Part shown: piece by piece, positions 26,720 through 39,687 of the stretch
How positions within the stretch are numbered: the stretch's first letter is position 1
Layout: every line of letters begins with the position of its first letter
Assembly (NCBI GenBank): GCA_964106645.2
Contig: OZ067039.1
From: Podarcis pityusensis
Lineage: Eukaryota
Length of the DNA: 64,000 nt
Reading direction: 5' to 3' (one strand)
The notes under the pieces: generated by a model
What the model was told of the DNA's origin: nothing
The model's database searches: none
Seen by the model: only the letters and a program-made list of their open reading frames with translations
Made by a program: the position numbers and the translations under genes

Positions 26720-28398
26720 ATGAGGCCATACTGTATGATATATTCTGCTTCCCAAATCATTACAGTCTGAACAGCAGTGAATTGCCACAATATGCTACCA
26801 CAGCAGCTAAGTTGTTCAGAAACAAGAACCCCAATAGTTAACTTGGCCAACACGGCACATGCTCAACATGTTGCTAATTAGCAATACTTTTACAAGCAGT
26901 TTTACACCTCAACCCCAAGCGGAGGCATTTAAAAGTGCCTTACACAGATGCCAATGAAACCTGCAACTAAGTGTGCTCAGGCTGCCATAACTGCCACACA
27001 AGAAAATACAGTAAGCAGAAATAAATTCTAAGAATTCTAACGAAAGCTTGTCAGTCCAATGTACTAGTAACTACCCTGATTATGTAAACTTCCAATAATA
27101 AAATTTACCTGAAATATATTAGGAAATTCAAACCTTCATATCTTAACATGCCAGGTTAATGGGATGTCATTTAGTATTTGACATACTTGCATTGAGGCAA
27201 GTTTGTCAATCCCTTCCCCATAAAAAAATTCATTATGTCCATGGAATTAAGATAAATATAGCATTGAATTTTTTTAAGTACCAAGGTGAAATAATCTGAC
27301 AATAATTATTCAATTACTGCATGCAACAATACAAAGCTACCCTACACAAAGATCGGATACTTTGCCACTTTTATCCCCCTTATTCTCCCCCTCTCTCCTT
27401 ATTAACTATTCCCAACTGCTACCCATTCATGCTTAACCACCCAGATAGTGTTCAAGTGACCAGATCTCCCCTTCCCTAACGCAAAGCAACAGAACAAGGC
27501 TTGGTGGTAAGAGAGACCCAAACAAAAAAGTGTGCCTGTGCAAAGTACATTGACGTCAAGATTTTCTTTTCGCCAGGATCTTGCTGCCGCCCCCCATAGA
27601 AAGAGAAAGCTTTGCCCGCTAAGAAGCACAAGGGGGTTTCTATCAGCACAGTAATGCACTGTGTATTTTCAGCGAAAGGCGCCATTTTAAGAGTCAGCGG
27701 AAAAAAGGAGGAGCGGAGGAACTAGATAGAGAAGCGGTCGATGCGACAGGGGGCGCAGGGCTGCCGGGGGGGGGGGACCGATCCTCTCGGCCGGTCATGG
27801 GGCAAAATACCCCCTTCCAGATCGGGAGAGGGGTGGGAGGCTGGAGAGGGGAGGCAGCGCTGGCGGCGGCCTTTCCCCTCCAAAGACTGCACCTGCCCGA
27901 GGGACACACCCCGCTCGCTACCCGCCCTTCCTGCCCCCTTCAGCGGAGTCCCCACGACTAGCAGCAGCTCAAGGCAGAAGCCGCTATTCATCCACCGTGG
28001 GACTCCCCCCTCCTCACGATCCCCATCCTCATCCGTCTTCGGCCTTTCCGGCCCTTCCACCGCGACGGTGCCTCTTGCGCCAATTGCGGAAACCCTGCGC
28101 TGGGATTGGGGGGCTTCTCCTGCCCCCCATCTCGCTCCTCACCCCAAAGGCTGCCTAAGCAGACCTTCCTCCCTCGCCTCTCCTCTCTCCCTCCGAGGAA
28201 GGACCCCCACCCCCGCTCTCCTCGCTCCCTCCCTCCACCCGAGCACCCTTCCCGGGTTAACGTCCCCCGGCACCCCAAGGGCCTCCCTCCCTTTCCAAGC
28301 AGCGGCCTTGGTTTCCCGCCTCCGCTCGTCCCTTCTGCCGCCGCCCCCGGCAGGGTCCCCTCCCCCCGTCCCCCTCGGAGGCGCCGCTGGCTACCCAC

Positions 28399-28500
28399 CT
28401 TCTCGCAGAGGCTCTTCACCTGGCCCTCGGAGAGCTGCTTGCACTCGTTCAGCTGCTCCACCCACTGGTCGAGCTCCTTGGTGAAGACCTTCTCCTCCAT
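28399..28500 (-). CDS. PPP2CA: PPP2CA exon 1 coding part (102 nt; [34 protein letters not shown])
   Basis: Alpha-type N-terminus (KVF, LSE, VKSL); strong Kozak aggATGG; donor AAG|gtgggt; total CDS 930 nt = 309 aa. Confidence 0.99.
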
Positions 28501-28820
28501 CCTCGCTGCTCGCCCAGCCGCCGCCGCCGCCGCTCTTTCCCCTGCTTCCTCCTCCCTTCCTCCCTTCTTCTGCCTCTCGCCGGCACCCGCCGCCCCAGCC
28601 CAGCCCCCGCCGCCGTCCTCCTCCTCCTCCCCCTCCGCACAGAGACTGCACTGCCTCTCGCTGGGAAAGAGACGACGAGCGGAGGGGCAGGGAAGGAGAG
28701 AGAGAGGCAGGAAGGGCCGGATCCGTCCCTCAGAGGCGGCGAGAGGAGCGGCAGCAATGTGGCGGAGGCGGCGGAGACTACTCGGAAGCTCGCTGGCTCT
28801 CTCCCCTCCGTGTAATGGCT
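28501..28820 (-). other. PPP2CA: PPP2CA 5' UTR (TSS approximate)
   Basis: G-rich leader between the CRE/YY1-like gccatta element and the ATG; no upstream ATG seen. Confidence 0.65.
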
Positions 28821-29402
28821 GCCGCGCCTTGACGTCACCCGGTTCCCACCCTCCTCCTCCTCCTCCTCGGAATAGGCAAAAGGGAAGAGCCTCGCGCCTG
28901 CTCGAGAAGAGGAGTTGCGCATGCGTCAGGGGGCCTTTCTACGGGTGGTTATAATAGCGAGGGAGGGTGGGGCCGCCTTAAGGAACCTGCGCGCGCCGTT
29001 GGGAGCAGGCGCAGAAGCGCCAGGCGTCGGTGCTTACAGTCGCCTATTGCACGTTCCTCGGGGCGGGGGCATCGTGGGATTCTGGGGCGGGCGGGCGGAG
29101 TTTATTTGACAAGAAGGGTGATTTGGGGAGGAGAGGAGAGATAGCTAAAAATTTAAATCCATAGGGTCACCATAGAAACGCAGGGTTTGTTTTTTTATTT
29201 TTGCTGAGCGCTGGCTCCGTGGGGGGTTGCTAAGAAGACAACTTCTTAGCAAGTTTGGCTCACCCCCTGTTTACTGCTCCTGCCTAGTGACTTCCTCTTC
29301 TCATATTGTGGGCAGGGCGGCCAGGGATTGGTGGTGGTGTCTAGGAGCAGACACGCACCGCCCTCACGAAGGGCAGTCAGGGACTCCGTTCTGTTCCTTG
29401 CA

Positions 29403-29598
29403 TTCATAGAATTGCAGAGTTGAAAGAGACTCTGAGGGTCGTCTGGTCCAACCCCCTGCAATGCAGGCATCTCAACTGAAGCATCCATGACAGATGGCCA
29501 TCCAAGCTCTGCTTACAAACCTCCGACAAAGGAGAGTCCACCACCATCCGAGGGAGTCTGTTGCACTGTCAAACAGCTCTTACTTTTGGAAAGTTCTT
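29403..29598 (-). mobile_element. CR1 LINE 3' end; a shorter copy lies at 30598-30665
   Basis: catagaattgcagagttgaaagagact...tccaaccccctgcaatgcagg...aaacctcc...ggagagtccaccacc, typical reverse-strand CR1 terminus. Confidence 0.8.
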
Positions 29599-30040
29599 GG
29601 GTAAAAGACAACTCGGATCCTGTTGGTTTTCCAGCTCTTTTAACACAGCAGTTTTCGTTCTTCAAAAGTCAAGCAAGATTCCACTGGAAACATCAGACTG
29701 TAAAATCTGTTGGTGTAAATCATGTATCTAAGGCCCTAGATATGAGACTCCGCACAAGTACTGGCTGCTCTATGAATATCAGGTGGTGTTTGTAAAATAT
29801 ATATGTACTGATCAGGCCAAAAGAGAACTTTTCTTGATATAATTGCAGTTGTTGAGAAGCATTATTTCCTATCAATACTAGTCCCTTCCCAGATTCTTGA
29901 AAGACCTGTTTTACCTGCTGTACATTCTTGCAGAATATGCTATAGCAAAAATGCTTTCTACAGGAATCCAACTTGTTGCATAATCACCAATGGCTATTGC
30001 TCACCACACCATTGGTTTTACTTTATGGCACAATATTTGA

Positions 30041-30255
30041 GGGGTGTTCGCATGTTACATTCAACAAGTGTACAATCCATGCACCTGTGTACATAAAAAG
30101 TAGTACATTATGTGTAATGTTTGATAACTATAAGTTTATCCACCTTCGAATGCAATGGCTGAGCAGTACAAATGATCCAGTATACTCTGTCACGCAAACA
30201 CTTGTACGTGTATAGAGACAGTTTGTACCAGTGTTCAGTATAACGTGAACAGCCC
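30041..30255. mobile_element. PIF/Harbinger-like MITE
   Basis: Imperfect TIR ggggtgttcgcatgtta ... taacgtgaacagccc. Confidence 0.55.
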
Positions 30256-31664
30256 TATGATTGACTTTTGCCTCTCTATTTATTTAAATTTTCACCCTAG
30301 AATCCTTGGCTTATGTTATTAGGCAAGACCCTTGGATTCAGGGTGTTAAAGACAAAAGGAAATTAAACCAAAATGCTCTTGTACTGTATGTGAATAGCAC
30401 CTTCCCATGATAACTGCAAGTGCTAAAATTGTTACCGTGAAAAGTCTCTAGACAATTAAAATGCCTATATTACTCCTAAACTAATGGGATTCTGATATAT
30501 TCTCCCCCATAATCTTTTTAACATGTAGGTGAAGTGTTTAGAAAATTCTTGTGCACAGCTTTGTGCAGCTCACACTCAAACCCAAAATTCCAGTTGTGAT
30601 AGAATTTTAGTGTTGGGAGGGACCTAGAGGGTCAGCTAGTCCAACCCCCTGCAATGCAGGAATTCTCTGTAAATAATAACGTATGATTTGTTGTGCCAAT
30701 AGAGCATCTAATGGAATCCTTCTTTATGAAGCAATCTGGTAAAATCTTGCCTTTATGGAAGCCGGTGGATGCTTGCCATTGACTTCAATTGATCAGTCTT
30801 TTTCCACATCTTTATCTTACAAGTGGCAGGTGGTAGTAAATTTAATTACAGTTAATTCAAATTAATTCAGATTCATACAGTGAAGAATGAACTTACACAA
30901 CATGAATCACTGCTGAAGAGGAGGATCAAAGCAGAATGGATGAGCTATTGACACAGAGTCTAGTAAATTCTCGAACAGATTCTTCTGTAGGAGAAAGTCT
31001 TGTTTGATGTGATAGTTTAGCTGTGGAAGTTATTTTCTCTCTCTTTATACTAATCAGAAATGATAGATAGCTGTGAAATGGCACAAGATTGCCAAAGCAA
31101 CAATTTAAAACAATGAAATGTTCAGAATCCATTATTTGTGAGGCTAATCTGGCAAACGAAAGCCATGAACAAACAGATTCTGTCATGAGTTACAGCATGT
31201 TCAGAGCAGCGTAGCTCAGGACCCTTGGCAAGGAGCTATATTGGTGCCCCCCAACTGAAAAAGTCACTTTACCACAGTGCAAGAAGGTTCGGAAGATTTT
31301 CCTGTGTTTGATCTTGCTGTGACAGTGATGGTGTGTTGCCACACACATATATGTCATACACTCCATAATCTGATAGGTGCTTTTTATGACTGCCCACCCC
31401 CATGGACTGCGCCCCTGGTAGGGGCTGATTTCACCAACCCCTTGGTATGCCTTCAAGTATGCTTTAAATGGGACATAGGTGAGCAAGTGGGTGTATATAC
31501 TTGCCAATACAGATATACTGTAATTCAGGATTTACTGACCTGTTAAACTCTGCACCACACCCTTTCCAAATCAATATAATTAAATCTGTGTGGCAAAGAC
31601 ATGCAATTAACTTGCCCTTTTGGATCCTTATATCCAGGAATTTCAGGCGCTGATCTTAAACGCC

Positions 31665-31985
31665 CAGCGTGAGGGGACCAGAGGCCAAATACAGCCCTTG
31701 AGATGGTTCTACACAGACCATGCCCCTCTCCTCAAGCCTCTCTTAACTAGCCCTTTTCCAGGTCCTCCTCAAGTGCTTTTGCTAGTTTGAATGTGCCCTT
31801 GAACTGTGATAATGTCTCTTGCTTGCTTGGTTGGAGGTGTAGAAACATCTGGTTTTTGCCTGGTTGGAATGTAAACAACGGTAAAAAGGTCAGAGTCATA
31901 TGTGTGTTGCCCTGCCCACTTTTACTTTTGATCCACCACCAAAGGCAAAATAATGCCTTGAGCTGAAAAAGGGTTCCCTTCTGCA
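31665..31985. mobile_element. Old hAT-type MITE remnant
   Basis: Degenerate termini cagcgtgaggggacc ... aaaaagggttcccttctg. Confidence 0.45.
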
Positions 31986-32810
31986 CACTGTGCATACATT
32001 CCTGGGATTAAGGTCTGTCAAACTCTATGGGGCTTACTCTTTTATGGGCAGAAGTGCTTTTAAGTTCCTTGGTTTTCACTTCCCCAATTTTTTTAGGCCA
32101 GGCTATACTGTCCCTGTATCCCTCTGTCATATGTGAAAAGGAGTTTCGCCTCTAAAGCACATATTTACATCCTGAATTAACCATTGTTGCACAGAGCTGT
32201 TCACATTTGGGGGCAGCCTCCAGGTTAGGAAAGTGGATGGTGTGGCAGGGTAACATTGAAAGTGGGGAAAGCATAACCTGTGAATGGTGGAGATGCTCAT
32301 TGACTGTAGTTGGAGAAGATTCCCAAGTAATTCCAAAAGCGCTTGAAAATGCATGTGTGATCTTTGCTTTAGAGCTAAGAAGCATATGGCTTCCTTCCAG
32401 GGCAGATGGCAAAGCTCCCACGCAGGCCTGAGTCCTCCTGGCACCTCTCTCTTGTAAAAGGAAGCACTGCCGCCACCTCAACAATGTTCTGAGAACACGA
32501 ACGAAACATTAGCAAGAAAACTTCAAAAATAGAACCAATTATTGTGAAACTGCCCTACGTCACTTCATTGTAGGAGGGCCTCTGTTGGTTGGGCAAGAGC
32601 ATCCAGATTGGCTATCAAAGCTTTTTCCAATTTTTATTCTGCCTCTGAGCACCAGGGTCTCCTCCAGCTAGCCTGTTTACTAGCATTTGTCCTGATTTTC
32701 TTGCAGAAAGCTTACATGGTCAGTCTTTATTGAGCATTTATTCTGATTTGTACACAGGCAGGTTGTATATTATTATCATTATCATTATTATCATCATCAT
32801 CATCATCAGA

Positions 32811-33324
32811 TGCAAGGGCAGGCTATATGCCTGAGTCCCTCCTAATTCCTAGATGCAACAAGGATCCAATTGCTGGAGTAGCCAGACATGTTTCTTGGTA
32901 ATGGCCCCTAAGTATGGGTCATTAAGGTAACCAAGGAATTAGCTCTATGCCAGACAATCAATGGGTGGGGGCCTCCTCTCTCAACTGTCAGTTAGTTAGA
33001 AAGAAAAAAGCCAAGGGTGAGTTGTGTGAGGTAGAAGCTGGATGCAGGCTGAAGGCTGGGTGGCTGAGAGCTAGAGCCATGCTTGATTTCCGCTGGGATC
33101 TAAAGCTGTGGCTGTGGGAGACGCAAGGGACCCTCTTGGAGTGTAATACTGGGAATGTCTCCATTGTAAGTTCAGGTTGTATATACCGTATGTGTAAATA
33201 AACCATATATCATAAAGGCACTGCAGTATTCACTGTCCCTCATTCCTAGGAAACCAAACCATGAAAATCGAGCCTGGAACCCCTGCAATCTTGCACCACT
33301 CACAGATTGGGGTGGCATGCAACA
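32811..33324 (+). mobile_element. Solo LTR (514 bp)
   Basis: TG...CA termini (tgcaag...tgcaaca), AATAAA near 33197, 5-bp TSD tcaga / ttaga. Confidence 0.7.
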
Positions 33325-34754
33325 TTAGATTGACATGGCAGTAATCATTCATCCAAATTTCCTTGTGCAGTGTTTATAAACCTTCTCATTAATAATTTGT
33401 TTATCCCACACCTTTTGGTGCATTTTACTGTCGTTTTAAACTGGAAAAAGTCTGAATTTGTTATTAAGAAATGATTTGTTAAGCTAGGGAGATGGAATAT
33501 TTTAATCCACTGTGATTGTGCAAGCTTAAATTTACATTCTGTAGTTGAATCTCTCCTGCAAAATATGGTTAGTCTGGAGGTGATCCAGATCAAAATGTAT
33601 AGGGCCAATAACCCCCTAACAAATAACCATCAGCATTTGTAGCTTAATGGGGTGGGGTGGGTGGACTCCCACTAAACTTACACTGCTATTCAGACCCTGA
33701 TTATACTTCCACTCTCAGAAATTGGTTGTCTGACTGTGTGTCCTTGGACTTCTAAGATATAAGTATCGGTACATCAAGTGTTACGGTATGTGCTTGCACC
33801 AGTGCTTAATTTCCAGGGGAGTGGGGAAACAAGTCAAGTCTGGAAAATGACACTACCTGATTTAGAAGCCCTTCCTTTCATCCCTGATGAGTAGTGTGAA
33901 GAAAATGCATTGCAAACTTGCGGTGGAGTGGTTTTTTTCTTTTATTTTTTTATTTAAAAACCTTTCTTAATTCATATCTTCAGAGGTATGGTATTCCAAG
34001 AGAGGACGTTTTCAGCAGAGGCTCACCTAATGCCAACATTGCAATATTTTCGGTTCCAGGCAAAAGTATTTTTGTTTACTCAAGTATTTGAGCCAGTTGG
34101 AAATTAATTTTACAGATTATATTTATTGATCTGTTATTGTATTGTTCTTCTGTTTATTGGTTTTATGCTGCCCTGAAATGCAAAAAAGGATGAAGGTAAA
34201 TATAAACATGTTTTTAAATATATACATACATTCCCACGTTAATTGCTGCTATTGTGAAGAGATGCCAGGGTGGTGAGCCTTGGTAAAACAAAAGCTTGCA
34301 GTGTTTAAATTAATATGCTAGAAAGTACTGATAATCTGTATCAAAGGTCTCTTGGCTCCAACCATTCCGAGAGTGATATGCCACATAACCCAATTAATAT
34401 TTTCTTATTCCCTGCTCATTTACAGAAGCTCTGTAAATATGGCATAGATCATAGGGATAAAGAGGCGGTTGCCGTGGAGATAATATGATGCTACAGCTTT
34501 GCATTACAATTGCATGCATTTGGCAATTGGCTTGAAGAGATGTAAAATCCATCCCCTTAAAACAAAAACAAAAAATCTTCAGGAAATCTGTCTCTTCTCT
34601 TTATGCCCATGCAGAAGGGATTGGCACATTCTGGCTTTGAGAGATATGAGTACCTGGGAAGGAAACTGAAACCCCAGGAAAAACAACTCTCATGGGTTCT
34701 TATCATGAACCTAAGGCCATAAGATAAACCCATCTGATAGAGTGAGATAAACTT

Positions 34755-35345
34755 TCTTTTTTTTATTTATTTTAAAATGATATTTATTAAGAATTTTAAA
34801 ATTACAGGAAAAACAAAAAGAAAAAGAAAGAGAAAAAAAAACCCACAATCAAACAATACAAATTAATAAAAATCAAAATCAATAAGTAACAACAAAACAC
34901 GTTACACAACACAATCAAAAAGCAAAAATAAGCCACAAAAATTTAAAAACAAATCCAATATTCCCAAATCCTTAACTGTCATTGCCTTATTTCATCGACC
35001 TCCTCACTCCTCCCTTTTTTGTATCCTAGTTGTTAATTATCACAGCAAATCCTTTCCATTTTTCATAGTATTCTGTCATTAAATTACCTTAATCTATTTT
35101 AACCTTATCTTACTATAAAAGACCCTAAAACTTAAAACTTAGATCTTATTTATACCAATTTCTCATAACCATAACATATTCTTACATAATTCTTTTAACA
35201 TTTTTGCTAAAGCCAAATAATTTCGTTCCAACATTTTTCTAACATTCATCAATTTTATAAAACAATCCTAATAATTTTTTTTAAAAAAACTTTCTTCCAA
35301 TCTTCATCCAGCGTCTCTTCCTCCTGGTCCCGGGTTTTGTCAGTC
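34755..35345 (-). mobile_element. L1-clade LINE 3' end (ORF2 C-terminus, long AT-rich 3' UTR, poly(A) tail)
   Basis: Minus strand encodes TDKTRDQEEETLDEDWKK, resembling squamate L1 ORF2 ends; AATAAA and A-rich tail at 34755-34790. Confidence 0.75.
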
Positions 35346-35546
35346 CTTTCTATCCCTTTCTTGTACCTTTTATAGACAGATTTTTTTTCCTGAGCTTGAT
35401 TATGAGGTTCAAAATGGAACCTAAGTGACTTGGGCCACAGTAAGTGATAGACTAATACAGAGGCAGCCAACATAGTGATCTCTAGATGTTGTTGGACTAC
35501 AGCTGCCATCATCCCTGACCAATGGCAATACTGAGCTGGGACAAGG

Positions 35547-35678
35547 ATATTGGCAAGGCAGCCACAGCAATGCCTCACCTCTCCCAAAGGCAAAGGGTAT
35601 GGGAGAATGTGATGCTAACAGCTAATACCAAGATGAAGGTCTACCAGGCTTTTATGCTGAGCACACTGCTTTATGGAA
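35547..35678 (+). mobile_element. RTE-clade LINE internal fragment, directly after a truncated hAT MITE (35458-35541)
   Basis: Encodes IGKAATAM...RVWENVMLTANTKMKVYQAFMLSTLLYG, a typical RTE post-RT motif. Confidence 0.8.
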
Positions 35679-37711
35679 TTCCTGGATGCCAAGATTCAGG
35701 TTTGGGGCAAGTACTCCTTGTGGAGAGAACCTCAACAGAGACTTAAAACGTTAAAAAATGCAGCCAAGTAAAGTGTGGAAATATAGGCCGTTAGAGTTTT
35801 ATAATTTGCTCTTCTAGCTTCCTTCCAAAGTTTCCCTCCTCCCAGGATAGAAAAAAAAAACCAAGGTCAAGTTCATGTGCTTTGTCATACAGCATTCAGA
35901 AAAAGTTGCACTGGCAGTAAAAGTTGACTTGGTTACAGTGGTGAAAGTTCCTAAATTATTGGTATATAAACACAAGAATGGCTTGTAAGATCCATGTGGT
36001 CAAAACCTCTTCTCGTGTTGAGCTTCTCTGGTGGGGAAGGGGATATTGAGAGGAACAAAGGATTGATTATGCAGTCCCACCCAAGGTGAGCTAAACCTAA
36101 CAGGACAGCTTACTCGATGGTCTTAACCCCTTCTTGCATTAATTAGACTTAAGCAAATTGGTTATCCCACAGAGTACTCCATGTGAAGTCTTAGGTTAGG
36201 GCTCTTTGGGACAGAAAGCTGTCCCATTGACACTGAGATCCACACTAAGGAATCTGTGTGTGCTTCTGACCTTGCGGGATTTTAATAAATGTAACACTGT
36301 TTTAAGTCTGTGTGCTTATACAGTAAAGTAACACCACATTCTTTATCTGCATAATTATAATGAAGACACACTTTTCAAAACCATTGTTGAATCATATTTC
36401 AATTTGGATAAACATTTTCCCTCTTTGTCCTTTGGACAAGTGATGCCAAACCTCATTGCCTGGTGCCTTTGGTGTGTTATAAATAGGTGGTGATGCAATT
36501 AGGATAATTATTGTGGTACTGAAAATAGTTTGCATCCTTACATAAAATGTTCTAACTCAGAGCCTCTATTAAGAGGGAGGAATAGAATGGTGTGGCAACC
36601 TGAAATTATTTATGTATCACTGTTTGGTTACCATAGATTAGATCATGAATCTACCTTCTCTGTTTAGTAGGAGCAATTTGCAGGCAAGTTTCATGAAACT
36701 TGGTCCTGGAGTCCAAAGCTGAACAGGTCCAGGTCCCTAGACCTGGGGCATATTGTGTGTACTTATGCAATCAAATAAAAGCAGTCATGTCTGTCCACTT
36801 AAAAGACATCTCAGTATTCCTGAATGATAATATTTAGTATTTACAGCTTTTAAGTGTTCAAGGTGCTGAGGAAATATTACAAGGTAATATTGCAAGGTAG
36901 GTCAGTATTATTACTCCCCTATTGCAGGATGGGGGTTGCTTCTAAGAGACTGCAGCTTACTGAGGACTCTCAGCCACTACAGTGAAATGTAGCGGCTAAC
37001 AGAACAAGCTGTGAACCAGGAACTTATTCATTCAAATGTGAAACAAGTTAAATAACAAATAACTGCAGGCCCAGAAACATGACAGATTTCAGCTAAACTT
37101 GGTTGGTTGTTAGAATCTTGCACCACAATGGCACATATTTCTGGACCTGTTTTTCTATCTTGTTCAATTATTGCAATCTTGTATACAGTTGCAAATTGTA
37201 TCTCAGTTGCAAACTGAGCAAGGCAGTATTGAGAATACAGGCTGCACTCCACTAGATTGTATCAAAAAGCAGCAACAGGTCTTTCCTGCTGTAGGCTGTA
37301 CATAGGGAGTTGTGCCTACTGCACTGGAATACATGTGTGTGCAGATCTCTGGATGTTGTACAGTCCTGGAGTTTTTGTCACGTGTTCAGTTATGACTGAG
37401 CATGTTCTAGTGGTGAGGGATTCCGCATAAGACCTAAAGAGATCCAGGAAAGCAAGAACCAAGATTTAGCAGCCAAAGACATTCTGTCAGCTCTCAGAGC
37501 AAAATCAATCAAGTTCTACATCAGTTACCTCTGAGAGTGGAGCCAATATGAAGAAGGAAATTCAGGAGAAGCCTAAAGAGCAATTGCTTACTTGGTTGAT
37601 AGTTATACCTGCTACTATTGGACATCATTCGACCAAAAAAAGTGGGAATAACTGAAACTTGTCTTTTGCCAGATGTGCACTACATGATTTTCCAAACCAA
37701 ATGCCCAGTAC

Positions 37712-37994
37712 AGGAGGAGGAGGAGGAGGAAGAGGAGGAGGAGGAGGAGTTTGGACTTGATATCCCGCCTTTCACTCCCCTTAAGGAGTCTCAAAGCGGC
37801 TAACAACCTCCTTTCCCTTCCTCCCCCATAACAAATACTCTGTGAGGTGAATGACGCTGAGAGACTTCAGAGAAGTGTGACTAGCCCAAGATCACCCAGC
37901 ATGCGGAGGAGTGGGGAAGCGAACCCGATTACAAGTCCGATTACAAATCGCCAGATTACAAGTCCACCATTCTTAGCCACTACACCAAGCTGGC
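37712..37994 (-). mobile_element. tRNA-derived SINE with L2-like tail and (CTC)n microsatellite
   Basis: Minus-strand head gccagcttggtgtagtggctaaga (A-box) and B-box-like gggttcgcttcc; core tgtgaggt...gtgactagcccaagatcacccagc. Confidence 0.8.
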
Positions 37995-38225
37995 ATTTGT
38001 GATCTGGCATTTGCTTGACAGCCCTTTGCCCCAGGCAGGTTGCAAAAATAGGTGGTTTGCTGAGTAAGCAACAGTGTATCACACGGAGGCTGCTTATGGC
38101 TTGACAGATCACAGGTTGTGCTGATCTGCCTTAATCCCAGTTGATGAGAGTCATATATATTTTATTGAACCCGAGAAATGGCAGAGCTAGCAAAGGAGAA
38201 AGCAAACTGGATCCATTGTTTACAC

Positions 38226-38360
38226 CAGGCATAGGCAAACTCAGCCTGCCAGCTGTTTTGGGACTACAACTCCCATCATCCCTAGCTAAGAGTACAGTGG
38301 TCAGGGATTATGGGAGTTGTAGTTCCAAAATATCTGGAGGGCCGAGTTTGCCTATTCCTG
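38226..38360. mobile_element. hAT-type palindromic MITE
   Basis: TIR caggcataggcaaactc ... gagtttgcctattcctg; internal hairpin ggactacaactccc/gggagttgtagttcc; TSD gtttacac / atttacac. Confidence 0.92.
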
Positions 38361-38469
38361 ATTTACACGGTATCATTCAATTCAGCAGTGATTACATTCA
38401 ATTTTTTTAGGTCTGCCCACAAAATATACAGTATTGCACTCCTGACATCATCATCATCACAATGATTAA

Positions 38470-38471
<2 letters not shown>

Positions 38472-38507
<36 letters not shown>
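38472..38507. repeat. (GT)18 microsatellite
   Basis: Direct observation. Confidence 0.95.
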
Positions 38508-38510
<3 letters not shown>

Positions 38511-39687
38511 AGAAGCAGGCATGTGAACTCCTAAATTAGATCAGGATAGTAGCCTTAAGAGAGGGGTATTTAACTCTTTCTACCCACATATCTCAGATGG
38601 AAATCACTCCCCTGATATTGCTTTTTGGGTGGGGAGACAATACGTATACACTTATCTCCCCCCCCGCCCCCCCAGCCACCACATGCACACTCTTATTCAG
38701 GCTAGCAGCAGGGGTCAATTTCAGTATTAAAAATGACATGAGATAAAGGGTTAAGCAACCTTCCCTTTGGCACTGCTGCCCCAAACCAATGTGCGGCCTC
38801 CCAGAGACATTCTCAAGGTCCTCAAGAATAAAGCAAAACACAGAATTCTCATATGTCGTCTGTCTCTGGATAATTCTAAGAGTTGAAGAATGTCCGTCGT
38901 CGTCTGTCCACCCCCCGCCCTCACAGACAGCAACCCCTTGTAGGACAAATTTTATGAAGTGTGGCATGAGAAATTGACAGCCAGATCAGGCAGGGAGAAG
39001 AGAAAAGCAAATGCTCTGCTTGAGGCAGGGATTTCAAATGGCCTGGGACGCTGAAGAATGACAGCTACTGTAAAACAAAATAAGGAACAAGGAGATGAAA
39101 TTAGGGAAGGTTAAATACACAGAAGTGGCATTGAGCAAAGGGAAATGTGCAACTGTTTCAAAAGAAAAGGCGTGTAAGTTTCTGTAACCCAGAGGCCGGA
39201 ATGACTTACCCCGAAACAGGTTTTGTTGGCTATCAAGTGCTTCGTTTGTGTTAACTTGACAGTTCACTCAAGGACTTGACGTTCTTTGGAATGTTGTATT
39301 TCAGGGGTGGGGAACCTGTAGCCCTTCATACATTGCTGTTGGACTACAATTTAAACCAGTTTAATTTATTTTATAAATGTATAAACCACTTCAGAGCCTG
39401 AGGCCATCAAAGCCCTCAACAAGATAAAAATGAGAAAACACAAACTTTATTTTATTTAAATATTTATTGAATTTATATACCACCCTATACCCGGAGGTCT
39501 TAAAAACAAAGCCATTTGTGGTGTTACCTTCAAACCCACTCGGATCCTGAAGAAAGAGAAAACTGTGCTTAAGGCTTGACTCTTAGGGAAGTACAGCTAT
39601 GCACTGTGCTCAGTTCCATATGTGGAAGTAACTAGGAAAAAAGGAGAAGTTTGGGCAACAAGAACAAGTAGGTGAGAGCAAGCTTCC

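Larger units (their letters stand above)
27550..29380. promoter_or_regulatory. CpG island / TATA-less PPP2CA promoter (CRE TGACGTCA 28830-28837, NRF1-like TGCGCATGCG 28916-28925, GC boxes, second CRE 27551-27558, X-box-like 29166-29179)
   Basis: Very GC/CpG-rich; motifs read directly; spans exon 1. Confidence 0.9.

Noticed and set aside
27694-29109. Long overlapping ORFs (up to 282 aa) in several frames
   Set aside because: Stop-poor GC-rich CpG island; only 28399-28500 has real homology and splice support.
35984-36335. LTR-like stretch beginning TGTAAG with AATAAA near 36284
   Set aside because: No matching CA terminus with a target-site duplication could be defined.
37412-37660. Peptide trace resembling a DIRS/tyrosine-recombinase N-terminus
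   Set aside because: Short, interrupted by stops, and lacking catalytic motifs.
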